DNA of 64,000 bases from positions 1 to 64,000 of IMG/VR virus record IMGVR_UViG_3300029967_000162. The stretch is one strand, 5' to 3'. This document shows, piece by piece, positions 43,131-56,124 of this stretch. The notes beneath the pieces were generated by a model that saw only the letters and a program-made list of their open reading frames with translations, made no database searches and was not told the origin of the DNA. Position numbers and translations under genes: made by a program. Positions within the stretch are counted from its first letter, which is position 1. Each line of letters begins with the position of its first letter. The stretch is from a virus (lineage: Duplodnaviria > Caudoviricetes).

Positions 43131-43204
43131 CGGCAAACTTTCAAATACAAAGAGAGAATATCTTATGACATCCTCTCTTCATTATTAAAAAAACGAGTGC
43201 TTGC

Positions 43205-43577
43205 TTAGTCAGAGTATCCAATTGCAGACAGCGGGCAGTACCAAGCCTCAAAGATCTCTTTCTCATCTGTTCCATTGAGAAGCCTCTCTGGGAAGAACAT
43301 CACAAGCAGCAGGCCAGAGTCTGAAGAGTAGTGTCCTTCAACTTCACTGTCTTGGCATGCAGTCTTGATGAGCTCATTGCACTTATTCACAAGCTCTTCT
43401 TTGATGTCACTTGCTTCTGGGACAGATGTTGGCCTTGTGTCCCCAGCAGAGTTTGCCCAGACATAGCCATGCTCTGCCATCTGCCTTGACATCTCCTCAG
43501 CATCAAATGCCATTAGCAAGCTCGTGATTGCTTTCTGGCATGCAAGCCTATATTCTAAGTTGTCTCTCAACCAGTTG
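43205..43577 (-). CDS. Hypothetical early protein
   Basis: ORF preceded by TAAATTTGCA promoter at about 43619-43628. Confidence 0.6.
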
Positions 43578-43740
43578 TTGCCTCTTGTCTTTTCCATGAG
43601 CCTAAAAGTTTTGTATGTTGCAAATTTAACAAAAAACTTTGAACTTTGTCTTAGTTTCCATGAAAAAGTTAAGGGACAAGCATTCTTGCTTGTCCCTCTT
43701 GGAAATGCTATTTCTCATGGCAAAGTTCTAGCAATCCATC

Positions 43741-45813
43741 TTATTCACTTGGTATCTTCCAGTTGTATGTCGACCCATCTACAGTCAGCCAGCCATCTGC
43801 ATATGTCGCTCATGTCGGTGTAGAGTCTGCACCGACACCAATGTAGAATGTTGATGTGTCTGTCACCTCAGATCATTTGTATCCAGCTCCTCATGCTGCC
43901 CACCACCAGTCTGTCTCTTGTGCATTACCACTCTCATCTACATAGTTTGGATTCAGATACTGGAAGAATGGTGTGCTTCCAGAGTCAAGAATCTCCATCT
44001 TTGAAGAGTCAAGTATGAATGTGATCTCACCAACTGAAGTATCTAAGAGAGTGACTTTAGTTGTCTTCCCACCTTGAGCTGTCAATGGAGCAACTTCAAT
44101 GACTTTGTTTTGACAATACCAATCAATATAGAGCCAAGCAGGAGCAAGAGGCTCTTCAGATGCACGATTGTCTCATGACTCAATGCCTTTCTTGTTGCCA
44201 ATGTAGAAGATGTTCTCTTGCTTGTTCTTGGAGGTAGAGATGTTGATCTTTGCAATGACTTGAGGTGGCTCAACTGCCCACACCGAAACATCATTCGCCC
44301 AGTCATATCTCAAGAACTTGCTCATGTGATAGCTCTGCATTTCTTGGTATCCATCCAAGACATTGATAGTTGTTGATATTTGGTAGAGTGAGCCACAAGT
44401 GAATGTCACTGGCACAATGTCATAAGTGTCATGAGAGTGCATCTTGATTCTGACAATGCAAGCTGGATCTTCTTCTGTGCTGCCAGAATCTGTGAGAGCT
44501 TCACTTATGTCATATGTGATTGACTCTATGCTGACCAAAGTCTCATCAATTGAGACGTCAACTGTCTGCCACTCATTCCACGGCCAGATGTTGAGAGAGA
44601 TCTCAAACTCTTCATCTGCAATGACAGACTTGCCAGTCTCTAAGTTGAATGAAGCAACCCACCAGCTCTCAGCATCTGCCATGTCTTGGAGCGTCCAGCC
44701 TTCTGGCACACCAGAAGCAGAGTTAAGTGGGAACAAGTCTTTTGAAGCAGCTGGCAGCTTGTAGAGTGTGCCAGAAGTCGAGACATCTACAAGCCAAGCA
44801 TTGATGGCAGCATTGCTTTCATCTTGTGTTGGAGCAGTCGTCTGTGTTGTCACGACACGTGAAAGGCTAGTGCAGCCACTGAACATGCTGTTAAATGCAT
44901 GCTCAGCCGGAGCTGAGACATTTAGACGCTGTGTAGCTGTGAGTGAGGTGCAGCCACTGAACATCCTCTCACAGCCATAAGATGCAACTGAAGTCGCAGA
45001 CATTGCTGGCATCGCCCTCAAGCTTGTGCAGCCTTCAAACATGCTGCTATATGCATTCTCTGGAACATCTGTTGCAGAGAGAGACTTTGGTGGTGTTGTG
45101 AGTGAGGTGCAGCCTTCAAACATGCTTTGCATCGAGCCATGTCCGAGTGTTGTTGCAGCAATGCTAGGGCCTTTCACCAAGCTTGTGCAGTCTTTGAACA
45201 TCCCGGCATAAGTGTGCTTTGCAAGAGCAGCATCAGAGAGCTTTGGCACACTTGTGAGTGAAGAGCATCCATCGAACATGTGCCAAAATGCACCAACTGA
45301 AGCATCAGCTGGCACTTCAATCGACAGCTTTGATGCTGATGCCAACCCAGTGTCACCACCAAAGAGCCATGCATAGCGATACTCATCAGTGCTTGACAGC
45401 ACTCCATCTGCATATGCAGCTGACAGAGGTCCAGACACAGAGTGCTTGCTCTTAGAGTTGATCTTCCAAGCCACATTGTCTTTCTGTGTCGTTGCACTTG
45501 TCTTGCTTGTGAACTGCAAGCATGCAGACTTCCCTTCAGCAATAGTGATTGAAGTTGATGTGCTCTCTTCCCATGTCGTGCCACTGTCATAGGACACTTT
45601 GTATGCAAGAGATGGAAGCTGTGCAGGGTCATCTGCAACGCTCACAAAAGACAGAGTCATCTCACCGGTGTCCTCATTAGTGATCTTGAACCATGAGCCT
45701 GTGTCTTCTGGCCAGATTTGCACGTCATTCCAAAAGATTGCCTTCAATGGCAAGCCATTGTATGTGCCAGTTGCTGTGTTGCTGACTTGTATGTCACCTA
45801 TCTTGAGAGCCAT
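43741..45813 (-). CDS. Virion surface protein with BspA/LRR-like repeats
   Basis: Six MF.(G/D)C[TS]SL repeats; TGAs at 44173, 43891, 43873 and 43810 read through (690 aa). Confidence 0.75.
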
Positions 45814-45822
45814 GCCTTCTCT

Positions 45823-47214
45823 TTATGCTTTGATTGTGAGAGTCTCAGTGTCAGCATCATATGTGAACATGCTGCTGATTGCTGACTTGTATGTGTCTGA
45901 CGCATCTGCGCAGCCACCTTCTGCTCCACGTATGCTGAGCCCGGCTATAGTGCAGCTGCCAGTGCCTCATGTGCTAGAGTCACAGAAGACCATGTTGCTT
46001 GTTGGGCACAGCACATCAGCTCCATAGAGTGTGAATGTTGCTGTAGAGTTCTCCATCTTGATGAAAGTCGGCACAAGGCTGCCGTAGTCCCAGGTCTCGC
46101 CGTTCACAAAGAACCTCGCATTCGTGATCATCGTGCCAGGCCCACTGAGCTTGAATCCGGTCTGGTATGTGTCTATGTAGCAGTTCGTTATCATGTCTGC
46201 ACTGCCAACATAGAAGACAGAGCCTTCAACAATCTTGTAGTCCTTGGAGCTCTTGAAGTCATATGTCCATGCATGCACATTCACTATAGAGCAAGAGCCG
46301 CCTGAGTTGATCGCTGTGTGGCAGTTTATCATGTTGACATCTGAGATTGCGCAGTCACCATTCAGTGCGATGCCTGTGCTCCAGAGGCCACCCCATGCAT
46401 GGCTGTCATCATAGTCATTGTCAAGCAGCAAGTGGTGGCAGTTCACCTGGAATGAGAAGTATGCATTCTTGGTCGTGCCATTGTCATCATAAGTGTATGT
46501 GATCGCCGGCTGGTGGATGCCGTAGTTGACGAAGTTGCGAATTGTAATGTGTGAGATGTCAGTGTCCATCTGTGTGCCTACATAGATGCCAGACTTAGCA
46601 CATTGATTGCACTCAATTGTGCCACCACGGCCAGTGATGAAGCTTCCAAATGTCGGCTTGTGGCCATTGATGACATTCATCGAGCCAGAGAACCCATTTT
46701 CACCTAGAGCTGGCTCGCCTGGCAAGTAGCCATTCATCTTGATTGCATATGACACACTGCAGTCTTTCCATGAGAGTGTCGCTCTATCAAGGTAGATGTG
46801 CATGAGCCCAAGAGACACCTCATCCTTCATGACATATGTGCCGGCTGGGAAGTAGAGTGTCTCATAAGGGTGCTCTGCATAGAGATCCATGAGAAGCTGT
46901 GCATTGTCTGTCTCACCATCATTCACAAGCCCATAGTCAAGCACATTCACATATGGTGCAGACATCATCCCTGCGATGATCGGATCTGGATCTGCTTCAG
47001 TGATGTCCTTTGCAACTCTCTTGATTGAGAGCACTTGGCCAAGAGAAGCATCAAGCAGCACACTAGCATCTATGACTTCAGATGTGAAGAGCTCATTGCC
47101 TTTGAAGATTGAGCCGCCTCCATCTGGGCTGTGCTTGAACCCAATCGCATTCTCTGGAAGCTCAACACTGCCAGAGTACACAGAAGATATGTCATAGAAG
47201 AGAACTTTGTCCAT
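45823..47214 (-). CDS. Tail spike / pectin-lyase-like beta-helix depolymerase
   Basis: VNVLDYG..NDGETDN..TLYFPAGTY followed by beta-helix rungs; TGA 45967 read through. Confidence 0.78.
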
Positions 47215-47366
47215 ATAAGTGTCTTGTTAAAGATTAAACCAAGATATTTATTCTTAATTGTGAACTAGTGTGTTATTTGAGATCTAGCTGATCACAGAAA
47301 ACACAACTGTTCAACTACTTGACAATGTGAGCATTAATGAGATAAAAACAGAAATGGAAGTTCTAA

Positions 47367-47744
47367 GTGATGGAAAGTCGATATTTCATAGATCCTGTGG
47401 AAGTGCAGGATGTTGAAGGAAGGATGGTGAACGGCACTTCATACTTTGGTGACACAGTAGAAGCTTCTACTTCTCAGCTCAAGAGCTTGTTCCCAAGGCA
47501 TATAAACAGTGCTGGGTCGGGTGATGGCAAGGTCAAGCATGAGATGGTGTGGGCAATCCATGACATGAAAGAAGGAGATGTCAAGTATGTCACACTCTAT
47601 GACTGGAAAGAAGACTGGGAGAGCTTGACAGAAGATGACAAGATTGAGTTTCATGTAGGCGGCAGAGGCAAGCGCTGGACAGAAGTTGGAGCAAAGCTCA
47701 TTGAAGAAGAGATCAGGAAGGCTTCAGAGCCAGAGATCTTCTAA
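47367..47744 (+). CDS. Hypothetical protein
   Basis: GDGKV..E, TLYDWK, FHVGG motifs. Confidence 0.65.
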   Translation: MMESRYFIDPVEVQDVEGRMVNGTSYFGDTVEASTSQLKSLFPRHINSAGSGDGKVKHEMVWAIHDMKEGDVKYVTLYDWKEDWESLTEDDKIEFHVGGRGKRWTEVGAKLIEEEIRKASEPEIF

Positions 47745-47759
47745 AAAGAAAGCATTGTC

Positions 47760-48743
47760 ATGATAGTGGAGAGCTCCAGTCCATTAGATGAGAAGCAGAG
47801 TGTTGCTGCTTTCATGTTCCTCAAAGGGATAGAGGCTATTACAAAGAAGATACGGAGAGACTGTGCTGGGTTCAGGCCTGGTGAAGTCATCTCATTCCCT
47901 GTCACAAGGAGCCTTGCTCCGGACATCACAAAGTGGTTCTCAAGCTTCTCTGTTGAAGTCTGGATCTCTGATGAGAAGATGGATGGTGGTGAAGTTGGTC
48001 CTGCTTCTGATGCTGGATATGAGTGGATAGACAACTCTGACATGAGAGCAAGCGGGATAGATGCGCCAGACATGATAGATGGCATCTTGCTGAAGATGTG
48101 GGTTGCACCATCTCTAGAGAAAGAGTCAATAGAGATGGTGCTCATCCATGAGCTCAACCATCTCTGGACAACTTATGAGAGGTTCAAGAAGCTTGAAGCT
48201 AAAGATGATCAAACCAAGCAGCTTGCAATGCTCATGAGGATGAATGGAAGTGTAGACAATCAGATGACTACAAGGCTCTTGAAAGCAGCTCAGCCGGGTA
48301 CAGCTTTCAAGACATTGCTCACACTTGTCTACAGGCTCTGGAATCCTGAAGAGAGACATGCATTCACAGCTGAGGCTCTCTCATGGTTCAAAGACTCTGT
48401 TGACTGGTCTGTGAAGAGAAGCAACAGTGAGCTGCAAGACCTTATACATGAATCTCCTACATGGAAGTTCATCAAAGAGACTAAAGATCTCATAGAGAGT
48501 GACTTTGCAAATGTCAGTGAGTCAGACTTCAAGAAAGTGAAAGTCCTTTGCTTCAGAGACAAAAAACTAAAGGCAATGCCGATAGATAAGTTCATCAAGC
48601 TTTTCAAGGAGAGGACTAGAGAGCTCATCACAGACTATGAGAAGAGAGTCTGGAAAGTTGTGGCTCTTGGCAGAGACTTGTCAGAACACTGGGAGATACG
48701 AAACAACAAGAAGATTAGGTTCCAAGACTTTAGGAGGGTCTAG
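47760..48743 (+). CDS. HExxH family paralogue 7
   Basis: IHELNHLWTTY, YRLWNPEERHAF. Confidence 0.78.
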   Translation: MIVESSSPLDEKQSVAAFMFLKGIEAITKKIRRDCAGFRPGEVISFPVTRSLAPDITKWFSSFSVEVWISDEKMDGGEVGPASDAGYEWIDNSDMRASGIDAPDMIDGILLKMWVAPSLEKESIEMVLIHELNHLWTTYERFKKLEAKDDQTKQLAMLMRMNGSVDNQMTTRLLKAAQPGTAFKTLLTLVYRLWNPEERHAFTAEALSWFKDSVDWSVKRSNSELQDLIHESPTWKFIKETKDLIESDFANVSESDFKKVKVLCFRDKKLKAMPIDKFIKLFKERTRELITDYEKRVWKVVALGRDLSEHWEIRNNKKIRFQDFRRV

Positions 48744-48889
48744 AGACTAGAGGGTGTTGGTACGACTTCATGGAAGCTTTCAGAAAGTGGGGAGATAGAC
48801 TTTAGAGAATGGGCTTAAGAGAAGAGAGTTCACAATCTTTAGAGGATGATAGTACTGAGCATTTCGATTGAAGATAATGTCAGTTCCTA

Positions 48890-50176
48890 AGAATTTCCAG
48901 ACCTAGTTTTCTTTGCTTTTTCTTGGAGCTCTCTAGATGCCATTCCTCATCCACCATATCTTTCTTTCATAGTCTTCATAGCCTTCTTCTTGATCTCTTC
49001 AGATTGATTTCAAACTCCACCATGACGCTTGATAGAGGTCTCAATCATCTTTGCTTTGATTACTTCATTTCCAGCCGGGGATGTTGAGCCATATTTCTCA
49101 AGATTGGTCTTCATTCTCTTCTCATGGAACTCTTTTTGTTGAAGTCATTCACTCAACTCCATATTTTTCTTTGTTTGTCTCCTTTGTCTTGTTTTTTATC
49201 ATCTCTATGCAAATCTGGGATTTCTTGCATTCATTTGAACATACCATTGGATATCCTAAAGCAAATCTGGAGAAAGGAAGAAAGTCTCCACACACAGGGC
49301 ATGTTAATGGAGAATTGATTCCATAGATCATCCTATACAAAATCTCTTGTGGCTTCATCCCAGGCTTATCATGATATCTGTTCATCAGATAGTCATAATA
49401 GTCTGGCTCATGAGCTTTGAGCCATTTTGTTCCAATATGAGTATGGTTATACCAGGTTCTTGTTGAAGGATCAATGAAATGGTTTATTATATCTTTCAAG
49501 GCATGTCTCTTTTATCTTCTCTTTAGTCTCTTTCGATTTCAAGACATTGTCTACACCATACCTCTCAATGCAAGTCCTCTTTGCTTTCTCCTGAAACTCT
49601 CTTGACTTCATTGGGTTGTCAACACCATATTTCTCAACAAGTGTTGCTTTTATCTTTTCTTTGACTTGATCTGAGCTCCATGAACATTCAGTGCCATATC
49701 TCTTCAAGCAAGTCTCTTTTGACTTTGCTTTTGCTTCTTTTGTCTTTGCAACATTGTCAACTCCATATCTGTCAAGACAAGTCAATCTAGCTTTCTCTTT
49801 AGTCTGTGCAGTTTTTGCTAGGTTGTCAATACCATATCTTTCTAAAGATGTCTTTAGACTTCTTGACAATAGCTTTCTTTCCTTCGCTTGAGTATTTGCA
49901 CTCTTTAGAGCAGTATGTCTGATATCCTAAAGAGAACCTATGAAATGGTATTTGATTGTTGCACACTAGACATTTTGGCGCTTCATCAACTTTGTTCAAA
50001 ATCCGGTAGATGACTTCTTGAGGGTCCATGTCTTCTTTATCATGATATCTGTTTATCAAGTAGTCATAGTATTGAGGCTCATGGACTTTTAGCCAGGTTG
50101 ACCATAGATGCAAACGGTTATATCATAAACCAGTAGAAGGATTGATGAAGTGATCTATTATGTCTTGGTCTGTCAT
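48890..50176 (-). pseudogene. Degenerate homing-endonuclease-related protein: duplicated Zn-finger domain + ERYGVDN repeats, no nuclease domain, several frameshifts
   Basis: Two homologous N-domains (NPSTGL*YN / DPSTRTWYN; CLVC..YCSKEC / CPVC..VCSNEC); frame changes near 49860, 49500 and 48960. Confidence 0.6.
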
Positions 50177-50207
50177 TTTCTTGTCATTTTATCTTTATAC
50201 AAACAAA

Positions 50208-50248
50208 AAATTAAAGGTTCATATATTTCTATATGAACCTTTAATTTA
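50208..50248 (-). terminator. Terminator after tail sheath
   Basis: aaattaaaggttcatata-tttc-tatatgaacctttaattt. Confidence 0.75.
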
Positions 50249-50265
50249 AATAGACTAAGCTAAGT

Positions 50266-53200
50266 TTAAGATTCTGAAGAACTTATGGTCCCTAACTTTT
50301 GCAAAGTGAATGACATCACAATCTTCTCCATGCCTTTGCTCATCTCAAGATCGATATCAACAAGTCCAAAGGAATTTTGGATGACCTCGCTTGTATTGTT
50401 GCTTTCATCGCATACAATCGAGTAGGCTTGGATTGCACCACTGTTACGTGCTGCTTGGAGGATAGGAGTCAGCTTCGTCACAATTGCTGCCCTTGTCGCT
50501 GCAGTGTTATAAAGAAAGTTGAACTGCTTTAGCACTGCCTCACACTCAATCTCAAGAGTGTTGAGGTTCTCACGGACATGCAGCTTGTTGAAGTCTGACT
50601 TCAATGTCTGATAGCAAGTCTGGTTGCCATAGATCATGATCTGCCCATTCCTCTTGATGAGAGTGTTGACACCCATCGGCTCAAGGTAGTCACGGTCCTC
50701 TTGGTCAGCAAGATACTCGATGTCATTGATCTTCGAGTTGGTCAAGATGCCATTGAGGTTTGCTACGATCATCCATGGGTCACCACCTTGGTACTTGTGC
50801 ATGAGAGTGTTGGACACATCAGCTGCAGGTGGCACGCTGAGAGTCTTCGACCCAACCTTGTAAGTGAGGTATGGCCAGAAGGCAGCGGCAAACTTGGCGC
50901 CATCATCTTCAGAAGGCAAGCTGAAGCTCTTAGTTGCATAGAGCTCACGGTTGCCACCTTCAGGGATGTACTTCGTGTTGAATGCTGGCTTCACTTCCAT
51001 TCCTTGCACATAGCTGTCGCAGAAGTATGGGTTCTCACTGCAAGCAAACTCCTTCATAGATGGGAGGTTGAGGAGAGCCGTGCACTTGCCACGTTGCTTA
51101 GCCACACGAGCAAGGTGTGTCTTGCCGCCGAGGCCAGAGTCAAGGCCATAGCCCATAGAGTCGACGATGTACCTGAAGTCAACCATCTCATTGTTGCACA
51201 AGCCACGCAGGATGCCTTCATCCTCAAGCACCGCATAGATCTTCTCGATGCCACCTTCAATGTCGATGTTGCCATCAGCATCATAGCCTGGCTTGTGGCG
51301 AGAAGTGATCTTCAATCCCTTGAGAGGAATCCAACGGAGAGAGGTAGACACAGCGTCATCAGTGATTGGGAGCTGGCGAACTACACTATCTTCGAGAGTG
51401 TTCACGAAGATGCTTGAAGTTGCCTCAGTGCTGCCGACACCACCAATCGATGCGTAGTCGACGCCTGCCGTAGGCCATGTAGTGATCTCAGCAGAAGAAG
51501 AGTCATAGTCGACGCCATACTCATCTTCCCATGTGCTGATCTCCTTGATGTAGCCGTCTTCAACCTCATCCTCATACATGTTGTTGCCATCCTCATCCCA
51601 GATTGCTGGATAGAACTTGATGAAGGTGCCAGTGCTATTTCCGGATGCATCTTTCTGCTCAACCTCAACAAAGTCACGCTCAGTTGCATGCTGCTCAATG
51701 AGCACTGGATCGACAGTGGTGAAGAGGTAGAATCCCTGGGTGCCAAAGTCAGTGTTGACAATCATCTTAGACTGAGTGTAGTCATAGACAGTCGACTTGT
51801 AAGTGAACTGACTAGAAGCATTCACATTGACGAAGATCTTGTCAATCACACGGGTGATGCCTGGGATTGTCTTGTACTTCTGAGCAACACCAACCTCATT
51901 GTTGAAGGCGATGTTGTTGACATAGTCGCCGATCTTGATAGAAGAAGCTGCATCATCATCCATCACGATGAAAGTGGTGTAGTTGTCTTCCTCAACAGGG
52001 GTCTTGCCATCAGAAGTCTTGCCTGCATCATGGAAGTATGCTACAGAAGGCACATAGCTGACGAGCTCGCTTGTCCCAACGCCTGCCTCAGCGGTGTAGT
52101 TGTAAGAGAGGAAGTCAATTCCATATGTCTGGTCTACAGAGCCATACTCAGCAATGACGAGGTTGCCAAGAGAAGCATCTGCCTCAGCTGTGATGGTGTA
52201 GGTGACAGGATTCTTGGAAGTTGGGTAAGTCACCTCATAGCTCTCGACCTCATCCTCATCATTGACGTTGACGTCGACGTTGATGTCAGAAGAAGTCTGC
52301 TCAAAGACATCATAGTAGGTGGTAGTCCCACGCACTGTCTTAGCCTTCTCATAGAGCTTGTAGATGTCAGAGTCGACGACTTCGCCATTCGAGTCAAAGT
52401 CAAGCACGAGGTAGTTGCCATAGTAGGCACCACCAAACGATGCAGACTGAGCGTCATCAGAAGGAGATGTGTAAGTGATCTTCTTGGCAAGGCTGCCATC
52501 GCTGATCGTGAGGATGACCTTGTCATTGCCAGTCACCTGGCTGACAGTGAAAGTGTCATAGAGAGAAGGATCAACCTCGAGCTCTGCTTCTTCAGTGTCA
52601 AGCTGAGTGTAACGGATGATGCTGCCACTCACCTCAACATATCTGTAAGACTCATCAGAAGTGTCTTCTGCATTCACATAGACAGAGATGTCAGAAGTGA
52701 TCTGGCACGTGAGCACATCTTCCTCAGGATCATAAGAGAGCATGTAGCCGTACTTCTCGCCATTGAGGGTGAACTCATCTTCTACAGTGTAAGCTGCGGT
52801 GCCAGTGAGGTCATCATAGCTCTTGAGGTAGTAGTTGGAGCTGTTAGCAAACCTGACCGAGAGGTAGGATGAGTCGATGTCATTGCTGTAGTAAGTAGAG
52901 GCATTCGGCTCAGAGCCACCCCCAGTGAAGCCCTTCTGGAAGTTGTGGCCGACCATGTCGATGAGGTATGCTGTAGAAGAAGCCTCACCCTGAGAAGTCG
53001 TCATCTGGGAGTCACCGTCGATGTCATAGAACCAGCATCCCTTGCCACTCTCAGAGCCTTCATCTGCTGCACCATTGTAGTCATATGCAAGCACCTCTGC
53101 TGCATCTTCATTGAATGTAGCAAGGAGGCCGGTCTTCTCAGTCACAGCATTGATCTTAGCGACCAAGTTTTGCATGTTGCCTTGCTTGTCTTGGAAGTCT

Positions 53201-54120
53201 GGGATGATAGAGCCGGTTCAAGTGCCAAGGAGCGTTATGCCTTCAGCTCCGACAAATGAAGAGACTTTGTCTTTGAGGATGCCCTTGTTGTCGAAGTAGG
53301 AAGCCCAGATTGGGTCTGTAGCAAGGTGCGGATAGTTAGACCAGTTGCCCTTCACACAAATGACAGTCAGGAAGTACTCGGACATGTAGTCTGATGGACG
53401 GATCCAGCCATAAGGGATGTTCTCTGCACCGTTATATCATTCGGCTGCAGTGATGTCGTAGCCAGTCAGCCCTTCAGTCTTGTAGACCAAGATAGAGATC
53501 TCCTCAGTGCCGGTGTTGCCGAAGTTGAGGAAGTTAGAGTGCTCAAAAGAGCCAGAGTCGCCAGTAGAGAGCTTGTTGGCAGCGACTGCCATCAAGTTGT
53601 GGCTTGATGGAATCCAGAACCTAGACCTGTCAAACAGAGAAGAGTAAGGGGTCTTGCCAATGTATGGCACCATGTCACCTTCCTCTGTGCCATAGACCGT
53701 AGCATCTACAGATCCATAGAGGTAGTCATACTCACCATAAGCAGTGCCAGCTGAAGACACCTTTGGATTAGGTGTGCCGGCATCAAGTGAGAGCGCCGCA
53801 AAGTTGACTTGGTCAGGGCCTGACTCAGAGTCATCTACTGCAAGAAGGTTGAGTGCCAAGATCGGAGAGTTAGAGAGCATCGTCTGGGCAAAACGGTTGA
53901 AGAAGCAACCTTTGTGCTCAAGCTTTGTGTTGATCTCACCAAAGATCTGCTGGCGCTCAAGGTCAGAGTCAAGGTACACCGGCCTGTTGAATATACCCTT
54001 GTTAGCAAAGCCGACAAGCAGACGATAAGAGTCTGTAGTTGTGCTTATTGCTTCTTGGGTATTATCAAACTCCAGGGTGTAGACACCCGCACTCTTGAAT
54101 GAATCAAAGTTGATTACCAT
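50266..54120 (-). CDS. Contractile tail sheath protein (T4 gp18-like), 1284 aa
   Basis: SAGVYTLEFD, LVGF..KG.FNRP, VPPAADV, GVNTL, YGNQT, LHVRE, FLYN, VCDESNNT; TGAs at 53437 and 53218. Confidence 0.92.
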
Positions 54121-54225
54121 GAATTTGATAATAAATTTTGCAAAATATGTCTTACAACTTTTGCATTGCAGAATTCCAAGTCCTATTAAAGACTTAGATG
54201 CATATTTCACAAATATTTATTAGAT

Positions 54226-55531
54226 TTAGATTGTAGTGATGAATGAGCTGAACTGCTCTTTGAACTCTTCAAGGTCATTTCCAAAGTACTCAAAGAAGTT
54301 GAGGTGCTCTTCTTTAGCTTTGCTTCGCTTCATGACATCTGTGTTTGTCCAGACTTCTAGTGCATTTGCATAGTACTTAGAAGTCTTTGCACAGCTTTCC
54401 CATAAAGTTTTCTTGTTGAAGTCTTCTTGGCATCTCTCATCATATGGGTGATTGCCATGAGTCCATGTGCCTTGGACCTCAATAAACAAGTCAAGCGATA
54501 GCACATAGAAGTCGACATGCCAAGGGTATCTTAGGTCTTTGTTCCAGTTTCTTTCAACTTCACTGAATTGTGCCTGCAGCCAATCATAGATTGCATCTTC
54601 AATCTTAGAAGTGTTGCATGTCTTGTTTCTCTTTCGGGTCTCAAATCCTTTCTTTGCAACTTCAGCTCAAAAAGCACCATCTTTGAGATCTTGGTAATAC
54701 TTGACACCATGCTCTTTCAAATATCTTTCTTGGTATCTTTCTTTGAGCTCTTTTGACTTGAACACATTGTCAACACCATATCTCTCTAAGTTTGTCTTCT
54801 TTATCTTCTCATCTATTTCTCTTGAGTTGAACACACATCTTTCACCATATCTCTCTCTAAACAAGTCTTCTCTATCTTTTCTTGAACTTCTCTTGATTTA
54901 GATGGTGATGTCTCTCCATATCTCTTTAGACTTGTCTTCTTTGCTTTCTCTTTGATGTCTTCAGATTGCATTGGGGTGGAAACCCCATATCGCTCTAAGT
55001 TTGTCTTTTTGGCTTTCTCTTTAAAAGCATCTATAGCAAATGGATTCTCAGCACCGTATCTTTCAATGCAGCTCTTCTTTGACTTCTCTTTGACCTCTTC
55101 AAGTTGCATTGGATACTTCCCATCATACTTTTCAAAGAAATGCCCTTTGTCTTTTCTTTGACTTTCTCCGACTTTGATGGATTGTCAACACCATATCTTT
55201 CAAGAGAAGTCTTCATCATCTTCTCTTTCATGATTAAGTGACCTTCTGGAGATCTCATGCATCTTGCTGAACAAAAGTCTTTGTATCCTCGAGAAAATTT
55301 CAAAAACTCTAGAATTGAGCCGCACACTGGACATCTTGGAACTTCATCAACATGGTTAGCAATCCGATAGATTGGTTCAGCTATCTTGTCAGTTGAGTTG
55401 TCTTTGTATCTCTCTTTCAAATACTTGCATATCTCTGGACATAAAACATCAAGTCTGGTTCACCTTGATCTGACAATCTTCTTCAAGTTCCCATCTGGAA
55501 AGAAATGCTCAATGATGTCTTTGTCTGTCAT
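54226..55531 (-). CDS. Putative homing endonuclease (Zn finger, ERYG repeats, Vsr-like C-terminus), frameshifted
   Basis: CPVCG..FCSARC; many ERYG repeats; RYPWHVDFY..IEVQGTWTHG, homologous to the 33710 gene; frameshifts near 55150 and 54850. Confidence 0.7.
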
Positions 55532-55647
55532 ATAGTTTTTATCTTCTCCACTTCTGGCTTGTCCAAATTTCAAGCCGCCCACACACAAAAATAAATAGTA
55601 TGCGGTGCAGCATTGTGTGCTGCAACAAGATTACTTTTATTTAGAAG

Positions 55648-56124
55648 ATGAAGAGTTTCAATGAAGCATACAGGCAAGCAAAAGCTGATCGTTCTCTCGC
55701 CCTCAAGCAGGTCTATGAAGAGCAGAAAGTCCAGCTCTGCAATGCACTCAAGATAGAATACATGGTTGAAGGCAAGATATCTGACCTTCCATATAACAAG
55801 CAGCAAGAGATTCTTGCAAAGCTTCTTGAGTATTGGTCACCAAAGACCGGCATCAACAATGCAGGTCTCAGGTTCCTCAATGAGGGTGTCATCAACATCA
55901 CACCAAGCTCTACCGGCCGTGAGATCAAAAGGTACATCACCAATGAGACTAAGAAGAACGCTTCTCAGATTGTTGAAGCTTTCAAGTGTGGGCATGGCAA
56001 TGATGTCATCGAGTCATTCAAGGAAGACCTTGAAGCAAAGTGTGGCAAGCACCTCAATGAGCATGTTGTCCGTGACATTGTCTGGAGCACAATCGAAGAC
56101 AAGATCAAGTTTGGCGACTGCTAG
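55648..56124 (+). CDS. Hypothetical protein, possibly internal head/structural
   Basis: MKSFNE, FLNE and HLNE motifs; ATAAATA upstream at about 55591. Confidence 0.6.
   Translation: MKSFNEAYRQAKADRSLALKQVYEEQKVQLCNALKIEYMVEGKISDLPYNKQQEILAKLLEYWSPKTGINNAGLRFLNEGVINITPSSTGREIKRYITNETKKNASQIVEAFKCGHGNDVIESFKEDLEAKCGKHLNEHVVRDIVWSTIEDKIKFGDC

Noticed and set aside
50701-52872. Long antisense ORFs (238 and 394 aa) and similar shadow ORFs elsewhere
   Set aside because: Lie opposite well-supported genes and are explained by codon bias
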